A stretch of 64,000 nt of DNA from a virus. Shown piece by piece: positions 1-10,517 of the stretch. The position numbers were made by a program, and so were the translations under genes. Location of the stretch: IMG/VR virus record IMGVR_UViG_3300009103_000004, positions 64,001 through 128,000 of that record. The stretch is one strand, 5' to 3'. Position 1 is the first letter of the stretch. Each line of letters opens with the position of its first letter. The notes under the pieces were generated by a model. The model searched no databases, was not told the DNA's origin, and saw only the letters and a program-made list of their open reading frames with translations.

Positions 1-331
1 CAACAGAAGTAAGAGGTGCAGTACACTGTAAGAACACCAACGTTTCAAAATCTGGTACACATTCAGCAAAATGAAGTAATACCTCTTCACTGTTTGTATC
101 ATCTCCAGATATGCAGTCAGGACGCCTTACTATCTTTGCACCAGACTCAACAGCAACCTCTTCTATATCACAACAATCCGTGCTAACCCACACGTCGTCA
201 ACATTAGACTCCAGCGCAGTTTTTATAGAATAATCTATAAGGGGCCTACCGTTTAACAATTTAATGTTTTTACCGGGAATGCCCTTGCTGCCACCTCTAG
301 CTGGAATTACGGCAATAGTTTTTCCACTCAT
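1..331 (-). CDS. neuA: Acylneuraminate cytidylyltransferase (CMP-NeuAc synthetase), 3' end outside window
   Basis: Manual translation from ATG at 331: MSGKTIAVIPARGGSKGIPGKNIKLLNGRPLIDYSI, the NeuA/KdsB IPARGGSKG..KN signature; neuB nearby. Confidence 0.9.
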   Translation of the reverse strand, partial: MSGKTIAVIPARGGSKGIPGKNIKLLNGRPLIDYSIKTALESNVDDVWVSTDCCDIEEVAVESGAKIVRRPDCISGDDTNSEEVLLHFAECVPDFETLVFLQCTAPLTSV

Positions 332-337
332 TATTTA

Positions 338-625
338 TTAACTACTAAACGAAGAATATATAGAAATCAAAGATAAAAGTAAGACAAAACAAAGTATAAC
401 GTTAACAACTAAAGAACTACGTTGCGATGTATCCTGTGAGACACAGCATTTGTTAGCACCACATTTGGGGCTTGTGCATTCTCGAACTTCGTAAGAGTCA
501 TAGAGTGCTTTGTTTATAATAGTGTTCATCTCGTAGTCGTACTCCTCAGGATCTACTCCGAGCTCATCGTGTAACTTTACTGGGTCGCTACTCATAACTA
601 TACTCGTCATCGTAGTACCCATCAC
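338..625 (-). CDS. Hypothetical protein with C-terminal hydrophobic segment
   Basis: ORF in the packed minus-strand run; ends in LVVNVILCFVLLLSLISIY. Confidence 0.5.
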   Translation of the reverse strand: MMGTTMTSIVMSSDPVKLHDELGVDPEEYDYEMNTIINKALYDSYEVRECTSPKCGANKCCVSQDTSQRSSLVVNVILCFVLLLSLISIYSSFSS

Positions 626-812
626 TTTTAGTAAGCCTGAGCAAAACCAAATCTTCTATAACATCACAACCTAGTTTTCTAAGAAGCTTAACACAGTCCA
701 TGCGACTAAACTTCTTTTCAACCTCCTCAAGCTCAATGGCATCGTAACCACTGTTTAGCATAGTGCTAACATAATCGCGTAGTAACTCCATGTCTTCTTC
801 TAAATCACTCAT
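588..812 (-). CDS. Hypothetical protein
   Basis: Acidic 74-aa ORF overlapping neighbours in operon fashion. Confidence 0.55.
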   Translation of the reverse strand: MSDLEEDMELLRDYVSTMLNSGYDAIELEEVEKKFSRMDCVKLLRKLGCDVIEDLVLLRLTKSDGYYDDEYSYE

Positions 813-1698
813 AAAACGAATAGTATAGAGATTCTGTCCATTTCTTACTCATTGCTTCGGGCGAAAAGTATTTTTTAGCATACATCCACCTGTCAATTCT
901 TTTTTCTTCAGGATCGTTATCTATTAAATCCATAATCTGAGATACAACATCGTCAACAGAAGAGCTAGGATCTACACTTTCCATCCAGGGCTCGTCAACG
1001 TCATAGTTCAAAGTCCAGCGACCCTGAGCTACAACGTCATAGTTTATTCTGCCGAAATCTCCCAATTCGCCAAAGCGCACCATGCCGTGTACCATTGGTA
1101 GTATCTGACTGATGTTGGCCTTACCCAAGGCAATAACGTGAGGGGCCTGAACCCACCCCGATTTATGGGGCAGCATAAACACCTTAACACCATACTCGCC
1201 AAGTTTTTTTATAACAGCTTGCGCCAATTTTTTATGAGGCTTGAGACAACCATTCCACGGGCTGGCATACCACAGTATGAATTTATTGAATGAAACAGGA
1301 GGACACACATCAGGTATGTCAACATGGTTTGCCCTATACATAACCTTTGGGTCCAATCCTACCTCCAGAAGCTTACTCCGAAATGTGTTGTTGTTAACCC
1401 AGTAATCCTTGAGCGGGTGCTTGATCATGTACTCACGTATATTCTTTTTTCTCAAAAGCTTCCTGTTACAACTACCCAAACCAAACAAGATAGACCTGTC
1501 CCTGTACTCTGGAACTATGTGAGTTATACACTGAGATAATATACCGTCAAAAGGCTCCTGTTCAGGAATCCTGATGTCCCACTCATGTTTCTTAAAATCA
1601 GATAAGTAAACAAACTCTATGTCGTCCTTAACTAGATCTCTGATCCTCTTAAGGCCGGATTCGGTGCCACTCTGCGCTATCCCAAGTATTTTTAACAT
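805..1698 (-). CDS. Putative glycosyltransferase (GT-B-like)
   Basis: 297 aa; C-terminus resembles the end of GT-B enzymes; context in glycan cluster. Confidence 0.45.
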   Translation of the reverse strand: MLKILGIAQSGTESGLKRIRDLVKDDIEFVYLSDFKKHEWDIRIPEQEPFDGILSQCITHIVPEYRDRSILFGLGSCNRKLLRKKNIREYMIKHPLKDYWVNNNTFRSKLLEVGLDPKVMYRANHVDIPDVCPPVSFNKFILWYASPWNGCLKPHKKLAQAVIKKLGEYGVKVFMLPHKSGWVQAPHVIALGKANISQILPMVHGMVRFGELGDFGRINYDVVAQGRWTLNYDVDEPWMESVDPSSSVDDVVSQIMDLIDNDPEEKRIDRWMYAKKYFSPEAMSKKWTESLYYSFYE

Positions 1699-1712
1699 TG
1701 GGGGTAAGTGAC

Positions 1713-2549
1713 TTATCTAAGCGATGTAATTTTAGATAACTCGCTGGGTGTTACAATTTTATCAGAACTACCAAGGGCCTTTTCCATATCTCGTATACCT
1801 CGAACCAGCTTAAACATAGCATGTGGCTCAAGCGAACACAGCTGATCACTACCCCACATAGTTCTGTCTAGAGTAACGTGACGCTCTATTATTTCTGCAC
1901 CAAGAGCAACTGACGCTATAGTTGGGGTCAAGGCAAACTCATGACCACTGTAACCTATCTTGCATTTTGGGAATCGAGCGCCAAGCGTGGGCATACAACG
2001 TAAGTTTAATTCTTCTAATGGGGCTGGGTAAGATGAGTTACAGTGCAAGATTGCAACTTTAGTACTCTTATCTGTTTTAGTAATCCAACTGTAAGCATCC
2101 TCAACATTAGACATGTCACTCATACCAGTGGACATAATAACTGAATCAAAAGATTCAGAGCATGCACGGACCAAAGACTCGTTAACTATAGATGCTGAAG
2201 CAAGCTTCACCCAAGGAAGATTAAATTCTTGTAAGAACTCAACAGAATCCAAATCCCATGGAGACGCAGACCAAGCAATGTTGTTTGTACTGCAGTGCTC
2301 GTCTATTTCCTTATACTGATCCAAATCAAATTCAACACGATGCTTGTAAGCCAAATAAGTAGTCTTGCCCCATGGCGTATCCCGAACCTTCTCTTTCATA
2401 TGTTCTGGAACGCAAACATCAGGATTACGTTTTTGAAACTTAACTGAGTCAAAACCAGCAGCAGCTGCAATAGTTATAAGGCGCTTAGCTACATCAAGGT
2501 CGCCATTATGATTAATACCGATCTCGGCTATTGTATATACTTTACTCAT
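1713..2549 (-). CDS. neuB: N-acetylneuraminate synthase family (short form, no SAF domain)
   Basis: IAEIGINHNGD, VKFQKR, MSTGM, HCNSSYP, GYSGHE, IERHVTLDR motifs; start moved to MSKVY at 2549. Confidence 0.93.
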   Translation of the reverse strand: MSKVYTIAEIGINHNGDLDVAKRLITIAAAAGFDSVKFQKRNPDVCVPEHMKEKVRDTPWGKTTYLAYKHRVEFDLDQYKEIDEHCSTNNIAWSASPWDLDSVEFLQEFNLPWVKLASASIVNESLVRACSESFDSVIMSTGMSDMSNVEDAYSWITKTDKSTKVAILHCNSSYPAPLEELNLRCMPTLGARFPKCKIGYSGHEFALTPTIASVALGAEIIERHVTLDRTMWGSDQLCSLEPHAMFKLVRGIRDMEKALGSSDKIVTPSELSKITSLR

Positions 2550-2916
2550 CTTTAAAGAAATCTTCAGAATATACACCGCGATCATCCACATAACAGTCAG
2601 CGCCGAACTTTACGCCTAGCCGAAGCTCGTGGTACTTCAGCCCCCATTCCTTTAACTGTTTCTTGGTCATCTCGGTCCACTCTTCAAGCTTTTCGGGATA
2701 ACTGGTTGCTCGTGCGGTATCTATGTATATGTAATGCCCAGATTCGTAGAGACGATTTACTAAAGCTATACGCTCCTTGTGAGGCTTAGCATCTCTATAA
2801 GTCTCCCCAACACTGGAGTATACACCATGATTCTTTGGATCTACTTGTGTACACAATGTACCATCCAAATCAAAACAAATGGAAGGCGCGGAATCTTTTT
2901 TTACTCTTTCACTCAT
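2542..2916 (-). CDS. HAD-family phosphatase (capsule-biosynthesis type)
   Basis: FDLDGT, TAR and YVDDR HAD motifs. Confidence 0.8.
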   Translation of the reverse strand: MSERVKKDSAPSICFDLDGTLCTQVDPKNHGVYSSVGETYRDAKPHKERIALVNRLYESGHYIYIDTARATSYPEKLEEWTEMTKKQLKEWGLKYHELRLGVKFGADCYVDDRGVYSEDFFKDE

Positions 2917-3584
2917 TACTCAGTTATATCAACATCTAAAAGTGTATAGTAGTCGTTATCGGAAGTTGCAAGTATTTTGTAAATACAATTGTTAAGTCCG
3001 TCTAAATCATTGAGTTCAGGGTATTTTTTAAAATTTTTAGTAACCTTCTGTTGAGGCTTCTTAAACTCCTTCCTGGCGGGATCATGGTTCCCCTTAAGCT
3101 CGCGGAAATGTTCCTTACCCCAAGCCCACTTCCTGTAGCCTTGAGATTCCTCCAACTGTATGCCCTTATTGTGAAACCTATGGCAGTAATTCCTATCCTC
3201 TCCGCCCCAACCCCAATAAGAATTAGCCCAGCCATTCAGCTCCCAATTAATCTTATTGTTAACTATTGATATCCCACCCATGCTCCACTTAGTGGGGCTG
3301 TGGACCTGCCTACCTGTTTCAGTGTAATGATAACCTGCGTTAGGTTTCTTAGGTAGCATATCCACATCATGAAAAGCAGTGTAGTCGGACTGGTCGTGAG
3401 TCTCCAAAAAACCAATATTCAATAACTTAGCACGATTAAATAAAAGATTATCAGCCTGGTTAACTACAGTGATGTGAAAAGGTATACCCTCTGCAGTTAA
3501 GTACTCATGGATAGCGGGAGCAAACTCGGATAAATGTTCCGGGCGGTCTCTGTAGGGTACTAGTATTTCTAAAGTGTAACTCAT
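2916..3584 (-). CDS. GT7 beta-1,4-galactosyltransferase-like
   Basis: PYRDR, FNRAKLLNIG, FHDVD and WGWGGED motifs. Confidence 0.88.
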   Translation of the reverse strand: MSYTLEILVPYRDRPEHLSEFAPAIHEYLTAEGIPFHITVVNQADNLLFNRAKLLNIGFLETHDQSDYTAFHDVDMLPKKPNAGYHYTETGRQVHSPTKWSMGGISIVNNKINWELNGWANSYWGWGGEDRNYCHRFHNKGIQLEESQGYRKWAWGKEHFRELKGNHDPARKEFKKPQQKVTKNFKKYPELNDLDGLNNCIYKILATSDNDYYTLLDVDITE

Positions 3585-3586
3585 GC

Positions 3587-4180
3587 CTATTTCTTGTTTA
3601 TCCTCCAGCCTTGCTTAATCTTCAAGTCACGAGACTTCAGGACTTTTAAATCAGTGCCTTCTGTAAACCTAGCTACCGCACGTATAACTTGCATACCGTT
3701 GGTCCCCTTTGCAACATAATCGTCGCCCGCAAGAACACCACCAGCCTTTATCTTAGGCCACCAAGCAACGAGCTCTTTATATACGTGCTCCGTCTCATGG
3801 TAATCGTCGACGTAGAGAAAGTCTATAGAGTTATCTTCGTACGCATCAGCAAGTTCAATAGCATCTCCTTTTATGATGTTAACATAATCAGATACGGGAG
3901 ATAAATTTTCTCTACATTTAGCTTCTATCCTACTGCCGTCTCGATTAGCGACATCCGCCTTCGTTTTTCTGCTCCCCGTGTCTCCTTCAAACAAGTCAAT
4001 AGAATCGAAACGTATGTTCTTACCACTATTGATAATCTCCACAGCCATACACGATGTACTCTTTCCCAGGTAACTACCGAGCTCCACAAATAAGGCGCCG
4101 TCATCAGCTTCCCTTACCATATTTCGATATAACTTTGCTGCATCAAACCAACCTTTTATTTTTTTGTAATAATGTTTCAT
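3587..4180 (-). CDS. Class I SAM-dependent methyltransferase (Methyltransf_24-like)
   Basis: VELGSYLGKS, IDFLYVD..H, GGVLAGDDY. Confidence 0.85.
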   Translation of the reverse strand: MKHYYKKIKGWFDAAKLYRNMVREADDGALFVELGSYLGKSTSCMAVEIINSGKNIRFDSIDLFEGDTGSRKTKADVANRDGSRIEAKCRENLSPVSDYVNIIKGDAIELADAYEDNSIDFLYVDDYHETEHVYKELVAWWPKIKAGGVLAGDDYVAKGTNGMQVIRAVARFTEGTDLKVLKSRDLKIKQGWRINKK

Positions 4181-4995
4181 ATTTTTATTTTATCAAAACC
4201 ATGTTGTATCTTTGAAATAGACGAAGAGTCTCCAGATCTTTTAGCATGGATAGTTGTACCACCATTGAGTATGGGCTCCATGCCTTTAAACCTAGTATCC
4301 GTAGCTATGTTAGTATGTACAAATATACAATCCGTACCGAGTGCTCGGCAGGGTAGCGCACAATGTAACCTAGGGGTAACAACAAGATCCGCACCTGCGT
4401 ACATAGATAATCTGTTCCTAGCAATATCAAGCCTGCGCTCAGGACTTGAATTAGGTAATACAGACAACCTGTGAGAAATGACTTCGCCCGAATAAGGTAT
4501 GTCTTTTAAAAATGGCTTGTTACCTCCCTTTGTCCACTGCTTATGACAGTCGCAAAAATACGTACCTCCTCGTTTACCTGAATAAGACTCAGGATTTAGG
4601 TATAGGGTTAAACAACCCGTAAAGTACGCAGAAATGCCATGTGACTTAAATAGGTCCACCGTCGAATAGTCACGACAGCCTATAGGCTCGTAACGTTTAA
4701 AATAATCCTTATATTTCTCAACCATTCCTACACTCTCATGCTGTATGTGAAAACTTATAAAAACAGGATGTATATTATTGGAAGGAGGGAACCTACTAAA
4801 GTCTGCCATGAACCATCCATTCATTATAAGGTTAACTGGATGTCCTTCGTAAGTGTGAAGAGACTCCCTATTCAAGATGGAAAATGAATCTACTCCTTTT
4901 TTACTTAAAAAATCTATAGCAGCTAACGTCTGTATATCGTCACCCAAATTGTAAGTAGGCGCGTAAACCACGGCGTAATCCTTATAATGTTTCAT
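4177..4995 (-). CDS. Polysaccharide pyruvyl transferase family
   Basis: NLGDDIQ, IGCRD and RLHCALP motifs. Confidence 0.85.
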   Translation of the reverse strand: MKHYKDYAVVYAPTYNLGDDIQTLAAIDFLSKKGVDSFSILNRESLHTYEGHPVNLIMNGWFMADFSRFPPSNNIHPVFISFHIQHESVGMVEKYKDYFKRYEPIGCRDYSTVDLFKSHGISAYFTGCLTLYLNPESYSGKRGGTYFCDCHKQWTKGGNKPFLKDIPYSGEVISHRLSVLPNSSPERRLDIARNRLSMYAGADLVVTPRLHCALPCRALGTDCIFVHTNIATDTRFKGMEPILNGGTTIHAKRSGDSSSISKIQHGFDKIKI

Positions 4996-5555
4996 AATCT
5001 CTTAAAATGACCCTGCTCCACCCACTCGCCTATTAGCCTGCGTTCTTTGCCCATACTATGGTGGTGCCGGTTATAACTAGAATCGAGAGCGCATATACAT
5101 CTTTCTAAGCCGGGGAATAGGTTCTGGTCTTTTATTTTCTTCAACACAAGGAAACCTGTAGACGGTTTTTTATAATCCAAGTCAGCCATAACATCCGAAG
5201 CCTCTTCCATGCTTATGACAGTTCGAGGCTTATCAGTTACTCGAAGTCTTTGGAGTATCGTGGATTTTACTTTGTCTGCAATAGAATCCGAATCTCTCAG
5301 CCATACTGCTTTAACGGTCTGGAAATGCCTCATCCTAAAAGGATCCATTCTTCCACGGAAGCAATAGTGCCGCAAACTCCAGTTAGCCACAAGAACAATT
5401 AGATCCGTACGGTAACCCACTTTACCAGTGCCTAAATTATCCATCTTGTTAAACCTAAGAACAAGATCAGTATCCTTTATGTCAGGAGTAAAGTCTCGAG
5501 AAGGACGAGAGTTCCCGATTATAACCAGACGATTTTTACCTTCAGTAAGACTCAT
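4992..5555 (-). CDS. GT29 sialyltransferase-like
   Basis: IIGNS...DLVLRFN...GYRTD resembles sialylmotif L; PSTG resembles sialylmotif S; close to neuA/neuB. Confidence 0.6.
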   Translation of the reverse strand: MSLTEGKNRLVIIGNSRPSRDFTPDIKDTDLVLRFNKMDNLGTGKVGYRTDLIVLVANWSLRHYCFRGRMDPFRMRHFQTVKAVWLRDSDSIADKVKSTILQRLRVTDKPRTVISMEEASDVMADLDYKKPSTGFLVLKKIKDQNLFPGLERCICALDSSYNRHHHSMGKERRLIGEWVEQGHFKRL

Positions 5556-6273
5556 TATATTTTAAAAACTTATCTTCAGGAGAACCCATCAAATGTTTCT
5601 TATCTGTGTAGTGACATATACTTACACGCGTATGCTTATTTAGCTTGGAATAACGGTAGTTCCAGTGGCTCTGTAAAGCGGTAATCGGGACTTTAGAGTA
5701 CCATGCAGAAGCGAGTAATAAAGGCTGCTCATACTTGAAAGCCCCGTATTTGATCCAATCCAGATGATCTAGCCCCGCATAAAATAAACAATTGCTCGTA
5801 GAACCTTGATCATCCTGATTCGATATCTCTTCGTAAGCTTCTAAAAACTTTACGGCACCAGGAGTATTAAAAAAACCAACTAAACCCCCGTTGTAAAAAT
5901 TTCTAAAATTTTCTGGAATATGTAGAAGAGATTTACGGACTTTCCAATTCAACCTCCATTGATGTCCCTTAACGGCAAAGACATCACCGCCCAAGTTAGA
6001 CATCTCTTGAAAAATGTTACCTGCCGAAGATGCTATGAGCATATCTAAGTCTAAGTGCAGTACCTGATCGTAACCTGAATTTATGTAGTCTAGAGCGTAC
6101 GGCAATCTGTGCCAGAAGTAGTTTGGGTTTAAGATACGTGGATGGAGCTCTGTCTCAATTTTAAATTCCGCACCAACAGAGTCACAGTAACGCTCGATAC
6201 AGGGTATGGAGAGATCCCTATATTTGTCATCAATACAATTATTGGTAGCGAGTGTATATATTATTCGGCGCAT
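5542..6273 (-). CDS. GT-A glycosyltransferase (GT34/GT8-like)
   Basis: LHLDLD DxD motif, YNGG, EQ, HYT. Confidence 0.65.
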   Translation of the reverse strand: MRRIIYTLATNNCIDDKYRDLSIPCIERYCDSVGAEFKIETELHPRILNPNYFWHRLPYALDYINSGYDQVLHLDLDMLIASSAGNIFQEMSNLGGDVFAVKGHQWRLNWKVRKSLLHIPENFRNFYNGGLVGFFNTPGAVKFLEAYEEISNQDDQGSTSNCLFYAGLDHLDWIKYGAFKYEQPLLLASAWYSKVPITALQSHWNYRYSKLNKHTRVSICHYTDKKHLMGSPEDKFLKYNESY

Positions 6274-7139
6274 GACAACTCATGATAATCCCGCCATAAG
6301 TTATTTACTAACTTATAACTTCTGTGTTTACCCTTAAGGCGTATCCTGTCGCACGCTGTTGTAGTAGGTTTCCCACTAGTGTAATGTATGATCTTGAGAC
6401 TAGATAGAAAATCGGGTTTTCTTTTTACTAGACCGTCAGGAACCACACGACGTATTCGATTGTAGCGATTTGATACCAAGTAGTAGTCGTGATTGATAAA
6501 AAATCTGGAAAGTATTGTCTGCTCTCCAACGCGACCCCTCCCTAGCCGCTTGTAGAAAGATTTAAAATCCAGAGAGTTGGCGAAAGAAATTAGTTCGTCA
6601 AAGAACGAATCAGACATGTACTTCTTGGAAACAACGTAAACTCCACCGTTTATATCCCTAGTACTGCACTGCACGCCAGTGCCTGCAGGGTAAAACCCGT
6701 TATATCGATCCAGATCCCATGATATGCTGTCGGCAGCTCCAACAAAACCGTAATCACTTGAAAGCCTGAACAACTCTGTCAAATCTCCAGTAACCAGTGT
6801 GTCTGCATCCAGGTAGATTATATGGTCATATTCTGAGGGTTTAAACACCTCCCACTTATATATGCAAGGAAGTGTTCTTAAACGAGAGCCCTTGGCATTC
6901 TTCCTAATACTATAAAACAAATCAGAATAAGTAGTGGTATCTACTTTCTTAAATTTAATTTTTTTATAGGAGTTGCTCAGCAGTCGCTTAGCAGTGGGGG
7001 TAAGCTTACATATATCATCATCGTGCAGTATAACTATATCCCCACAAAACCATTTATTGTTTTTAAGAAAAGAAAAAATAAGAACATTAGCCATCAGTAC
7101 GACGGCATTATTACAAACAAGATATAAAGCTATATTCAT
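6261..7139 (-). CDS. GT8 family glycosyltransferase
   Basis: YLDADTLV, INGGVYV, EQTIL, YN, IIHYT..KP. Confidence 0.85.
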   Translation of the reverse strand: MNIALYLVCNNAVVLMANVLIFSFLKNNKWFCGDIVILHDDDICKLTPTAKRLLSNSYKKIKFKKVDTTTYSDLFYSIRKNAKGSRLRTLPCIYKWEVFKPSEYDHIIYLDADTLVTGDLTELFRLSSDYGFVGAADSISWDLDRYNGFYPAGTGVQCSTRDINGGVYVVSKKYMSDSFFDELISFANSLDFKSFYKRLGRGRVGEQTILSRFFINHDYYLVSNRYNRIRRVVPDGLVKRKPDFLSSLKIIHYTSGKPTTTACDRIRLKGKHRSYKLVNNLWRDYHELSCAE

Positions 7140-7148
7140 ATGTCTGGG

Positions 7149-8018
7149 TCAGCGCGGAGTAAGATTGCTGTATCTACTTATAATGGCGTCATCTCCATAT
7201 TTGTTTAAGACAGACTTCATAACATCCAAACCATACATCCACCGAGATCCGCCAAAATCTTCTTCAGCTTGCTTTAAAACTTCTCTTGCGCTCTCAACAT
7301 TATCTTCACAAAGATAGGGATAACCCTCGCCCAACATATCAATAGCACCTCCCGAATTATAACTGCAAAGTATATTACTCTCGCTATAAGCAGCTTGTAT
7401 TATTTTGTTACTGGGCTTGTATGGGGAATTGCGTATGGAAATATGCATGTTACAATCTCTCAATCCTTCGCCTATTGGACAAGAACCAGGATATGATTTG
7501 CACTTCCTGTCTAACTTGTACTGATACTTACTGAGAAATTTTTTTAAAGTTGGACCACCGTCATACCGCAAGAGGCTTCCAAAAAACCCGGGCTTGAACT
7601 TTGATTTATTTTCATTAGCAATTCTAAACGAAGGACTTATATAGTGGGGTATTACATCAAACTTGGAGTCCGGATACAGCTTAAAAAGAACATCTGCGTA
7701 CTCTTCGGTACGGCAAATAAAAGAATCAACACCTATAAGGTGATCGGACCCAGAAGCCAGAACTTTTTTTATTACAGATAAATCGAGGTCAATAATGTCG
7801 ATATGTACAAAAAAAGAATCAGGTATTTTGTTTATCCTGTCTATGTGTCCAGACCTGGGCTTTAAAAACACATAAGACTTAGTACTCTCTAATTTGAAGT
7901 CTTCCATCCACACAGACTTGCAGCTGATACCGTTAGAATTTAGAAGATCGGAAACCTCATCTCCGCAAGTGACTGCGGAAGATGTTTTCCTACATTTTAC
8001 AAATATTATATCATACAT
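7149..8018 (-). CDS. Putative glycosyltransferase-like protein
   Basis: 289 aa with a KPSNKI motif, in the glycan operon. Confidence 0.45.
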   Translation of the reverse strand: MYDIIFVKCRKTSSAVTCGDEVSDLLNSNGISCKSVWMEDFKLESTKSYVFLKPRSGHIDRINKIPDSFFVHIDIIDLDLSVIKKVLASGSDHLIGVDSFICRTEEYADVLFKLYPDSKFDVIPHYISPSFRIANENKSKFKPGFFGSLLRYDGGPTLKKFLSKYQYKLDRKCKSYPGSCPIGEGLRDCNMHISIRNSPYKPSNKIIQAAYSESNILCSYNSGGAIDMLGEGYPYLCEDNVESAREVLKQAEEDFGGSRWMYGLDVMKSVLNKYGDDAIISRYSNLTPR

Positions 8019-8019
8019 G

Positions 8020-8877
8020 CTACCACCCCATGTAGTGTTTAACTACTTTTTCTTTACTTATATAACTTGGGACTAAGCCCGCTAGACATTCTTCTATATT
8101 AAAAAGTTTATAATTATTTTCCTCTTTTACTTTTTCTAAATCTGGGAAGTCAGAGTAAAATAAAAAATTATAGTCAGTACTAGATTTCAGATCTGCGGCA
8201 ACCGGATCAGCTTCTGGGCCCGACAATAACATGTCAGTCATGACGTATACATTACCCGAAACATCCATGGAATTTAGTGTGCTTAGTATGTTATCCTTAC
8301 TGTGTGCAGAACCCCACTGTTCGGGAGTGATGTCTACTCCAGGTAATGGAGAAAAGTGAGCACGCTTGTAACCATGTTTAGAGACTCTGTCCCCCCTCCG
8401 TACATGGATAACGCAATTGATATTATGATCAGTTAACTGTCTGGCTGACGTTAACGTCGTTTTACTAAACGGTATGTCTATACGTAAACCACGTGTAATT
8501 TCCTTAGCGTAATCTCCATACATATCGCTACAGTAAAACCTTTTCATACACAGTAAAGAGCCACCGTAGCATTGCTTAGGATTTCGACAAAGCGCATACA
8601 ACTCGCCATTAACCTTAATGCCAGCTACATTATAGTAAGCGTACCACGCAAGAGGAACCTCCCTCCCCCTATTATGCTTAGCTGCTAATATAAAATTAGG
8701 TAAAACTAATTCCAACCCAAGTTTGTAAGCCACAGATATATATACTCGAAACTGTGAAACTAAATCCAGCAACCCAGAATCTCGGCTTTCGCAAGCATCT
8801 GTGATATATAAATACTTGTAGCTACCCACGGTATGGGCCGGGGCTTTGGTGTATTTTTTTAAGAGTTCGTCTAACAT
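8020..8877 (-). CDS. Fucosyltransferase-like (GT11/O-FucT superfamily)
   Basis: IHVRRGD GDP-sugar motif and VYVMTD. Confidence 0.65.
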   Translation of the reverse strand: MLDELLKKYTKAPAHTVGSYKYLYITDACESRDSGLLDLVSQFRVYISVAYKLGLELVLPNFILAAKHNRGREVPLAWYAYYNVAGIKVNGELYALCRNPKQCYGGSLLCMKRFYCSDMYGDYAKEITRGLRIDIPFSKTTLTSARQLTDHNINCVIHVRRGDRVSKHGYKRAHFSPLPGVDITPEQWGSAHSKDNILSTLNSMDVSGNVYVMTDMLLSGPEADPVAADLKSSTDYNFLFYSDFPDLEKVKEENNYKLFNIEECLAGLVPSYISKEKVVKHYMGW

Positions 8878-8882
8878 TACTT

Positions 8883-10517
8883 CTACATATGCTTAACTCT
8901 GTATTCAACTATAGAGTATTTATGAGTTCTATATAAAATGTCATAAGGAGACCTAGCAACAGAAGAATTACGATGAGCTAGTTTTCTGTTAGCTCTTTCA
9001 GATTTTCTCCTGTCCTTAATAGGGTAATTCTCAGTACGCTCACTTGTCGAATGAGGTATATGGAAAATGTAGTCCGACAAAGAATTAAATATAACGGACG
9101 TCACACCACTCTCGTCAAATCGTTCATATAAGTCAGTATCGTCATGACCCCAACCAACAAGTCTCTCATTGTACCATACAAAATCAGATTTATTGAAAAC
9201 ACAAAAACCCCCAAATGATTCGGAAAACCACCAAGCACCACGAATGTAGTAATCTGCCAGCCTTGTGCCAGTTTTGCGGTCAAGCAATAGGTAGTCCATC
9301 CATGTAGAAGACTTTATTGCGTAGTCAGTATCCAGCTTGATAACTACATCAAACACAGCCATGTCCACGGCAAGATTGTATGCCTTTCCCAAAGAAAAAT
9401 AAGACTCGTCCTCTACACGTATAATCCTGACATACCCAGCATCGACAAAGTAACGTATGACTTCGTTATCCATAATAGGAGAATCAGAAGCCCAATCAAC
9501 TACTATGATCTCAGTTATATATGGACAGTTTAGCCAAGTTGGTAAAGATTTTAGCAAGTTATCTATACGATTCATACATGCGCAAACTGCAGAAATTTTT
9601 AAATCGGAATTCTTGTGGTAGGCCCGTACATCCTTAAACCGTTTAGTAACTGGCAACTCATATACAACTCCTGTAGGTTCTACTCCACAAGCGGTGCCTA
9701 CATAGAAAGAATCCAATTCTTCGAATTCGTAAGACTTTTTTAAACCCCGAGATTCTGCGTAAGCATCCCATTGCTTTGCCCGATCCTCCCTAGGCATAAA
9801 ATTATCCATCTCACTTATGTACGACCTATAGTTGGGAAGGTCAGTTCTCAAATCAAGCCCACGCCTGACACCAAACAGGCGCTTCTGTCTGTTCAAAACT
9901 ACAACAGTGTCGACAATACATATAACACCTCCGCATAATGATGGGTCTACAATCTGACAAAAAAGCATATCCATGCCCCAACCTACCAGCTTACCATCGT
10001 ATGCGCCCATGAACATAGAAAGTGACTCCCTCTTGAAAGTTACAAAGTTCATCTCAGTAAAATTAGTTACACGAGCGTAGTTTTCATATACGGGGCGCAT
10101 AAACCAATGCGGTAGAAGACCTGCAGCGTGCTGAGCTGCTCCAGCTATTAATAGTTCTGAGCTAGAGTTAAGTACGTCAACTATATCCGACAAACTGCCC
10201 TTCTGAATACGAGCATCGTCATCCCATACAGTTACTGTATCAAACAACTTAATTCTTGATGACGACTTATGATACACGTAATGAAGATTCTGAAACTTAC
10301 TCCCAGAGCGTGCGTAAAATTCGTCAGCACCGCCGCGCAACTGTTTTTTCTTAGATTTGGATGTACCATAGAATACTATAATAACATAAAACCTACTCTT
10401 CAAATAACGAAGAGAGTAAGACGCAAAAACCTCATGATCACCGGCGGAAATAAAAATACAATCTCTACGCCCAGATAATTTAGGTTTTTTAAAATTACTC
10501 CAAAAACTCATATCCAA
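8883..10517 (-). CDS. Two-domain glycosyltransferase (DUF707-like plus GT2/GT7-C)
   Basis: N-terminal WDDD and GWGMD; C-terminal CMNR, IIVVDW, LDTD, GWGHDD. Confidence 0.7.
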   Translation of the reverse strand: MDMSFWSNFKKPKLSGRRDCIFISAGDHEVFASYSLRYLKSRFYVIIVFYGTSKSKKKQLRGGADEFYARSGSKFQNLHYVYHKSSSRIKLFDTVTVWDDDARIQKGSLSDIVDVLNSSSELLIAGAAQHAAGLLPHWFMRPVYENYARVTNFTEMNFVTFKRESLSMFMGAYDGKLVGWGMDMLFCQIVDPSLCGGVICIVDTVVVLNRQKRLFGVRRGLDLRTDLPNYRSYISEMDNFMPREDRAKQWDAYAESRGLKKSYEFEELDSFYVGTACGVEPTGVVYELPVTKRFKDVRAYHKNSDLKISAVCACMNRIDNLLKSLPTWLNCPYITEIIVVDWASDSPIMDNEVIRYFVDAGYVRIIRVEDESYFSLGKAYNLAVDMAVFDVVIKLDTDYAIKSSTWMDYLLLDRKTGTRLADYYIRGAWWFSESFGGFCVFNKSDFVWYNERLVGWGHDDTDLYERFDESGVTSVIFNSLSDYIFHIPHSTSERTENYPIKDRRKSERANRKLAHRNSSVARSPYDILYRTHKYSIVEYRVKHM

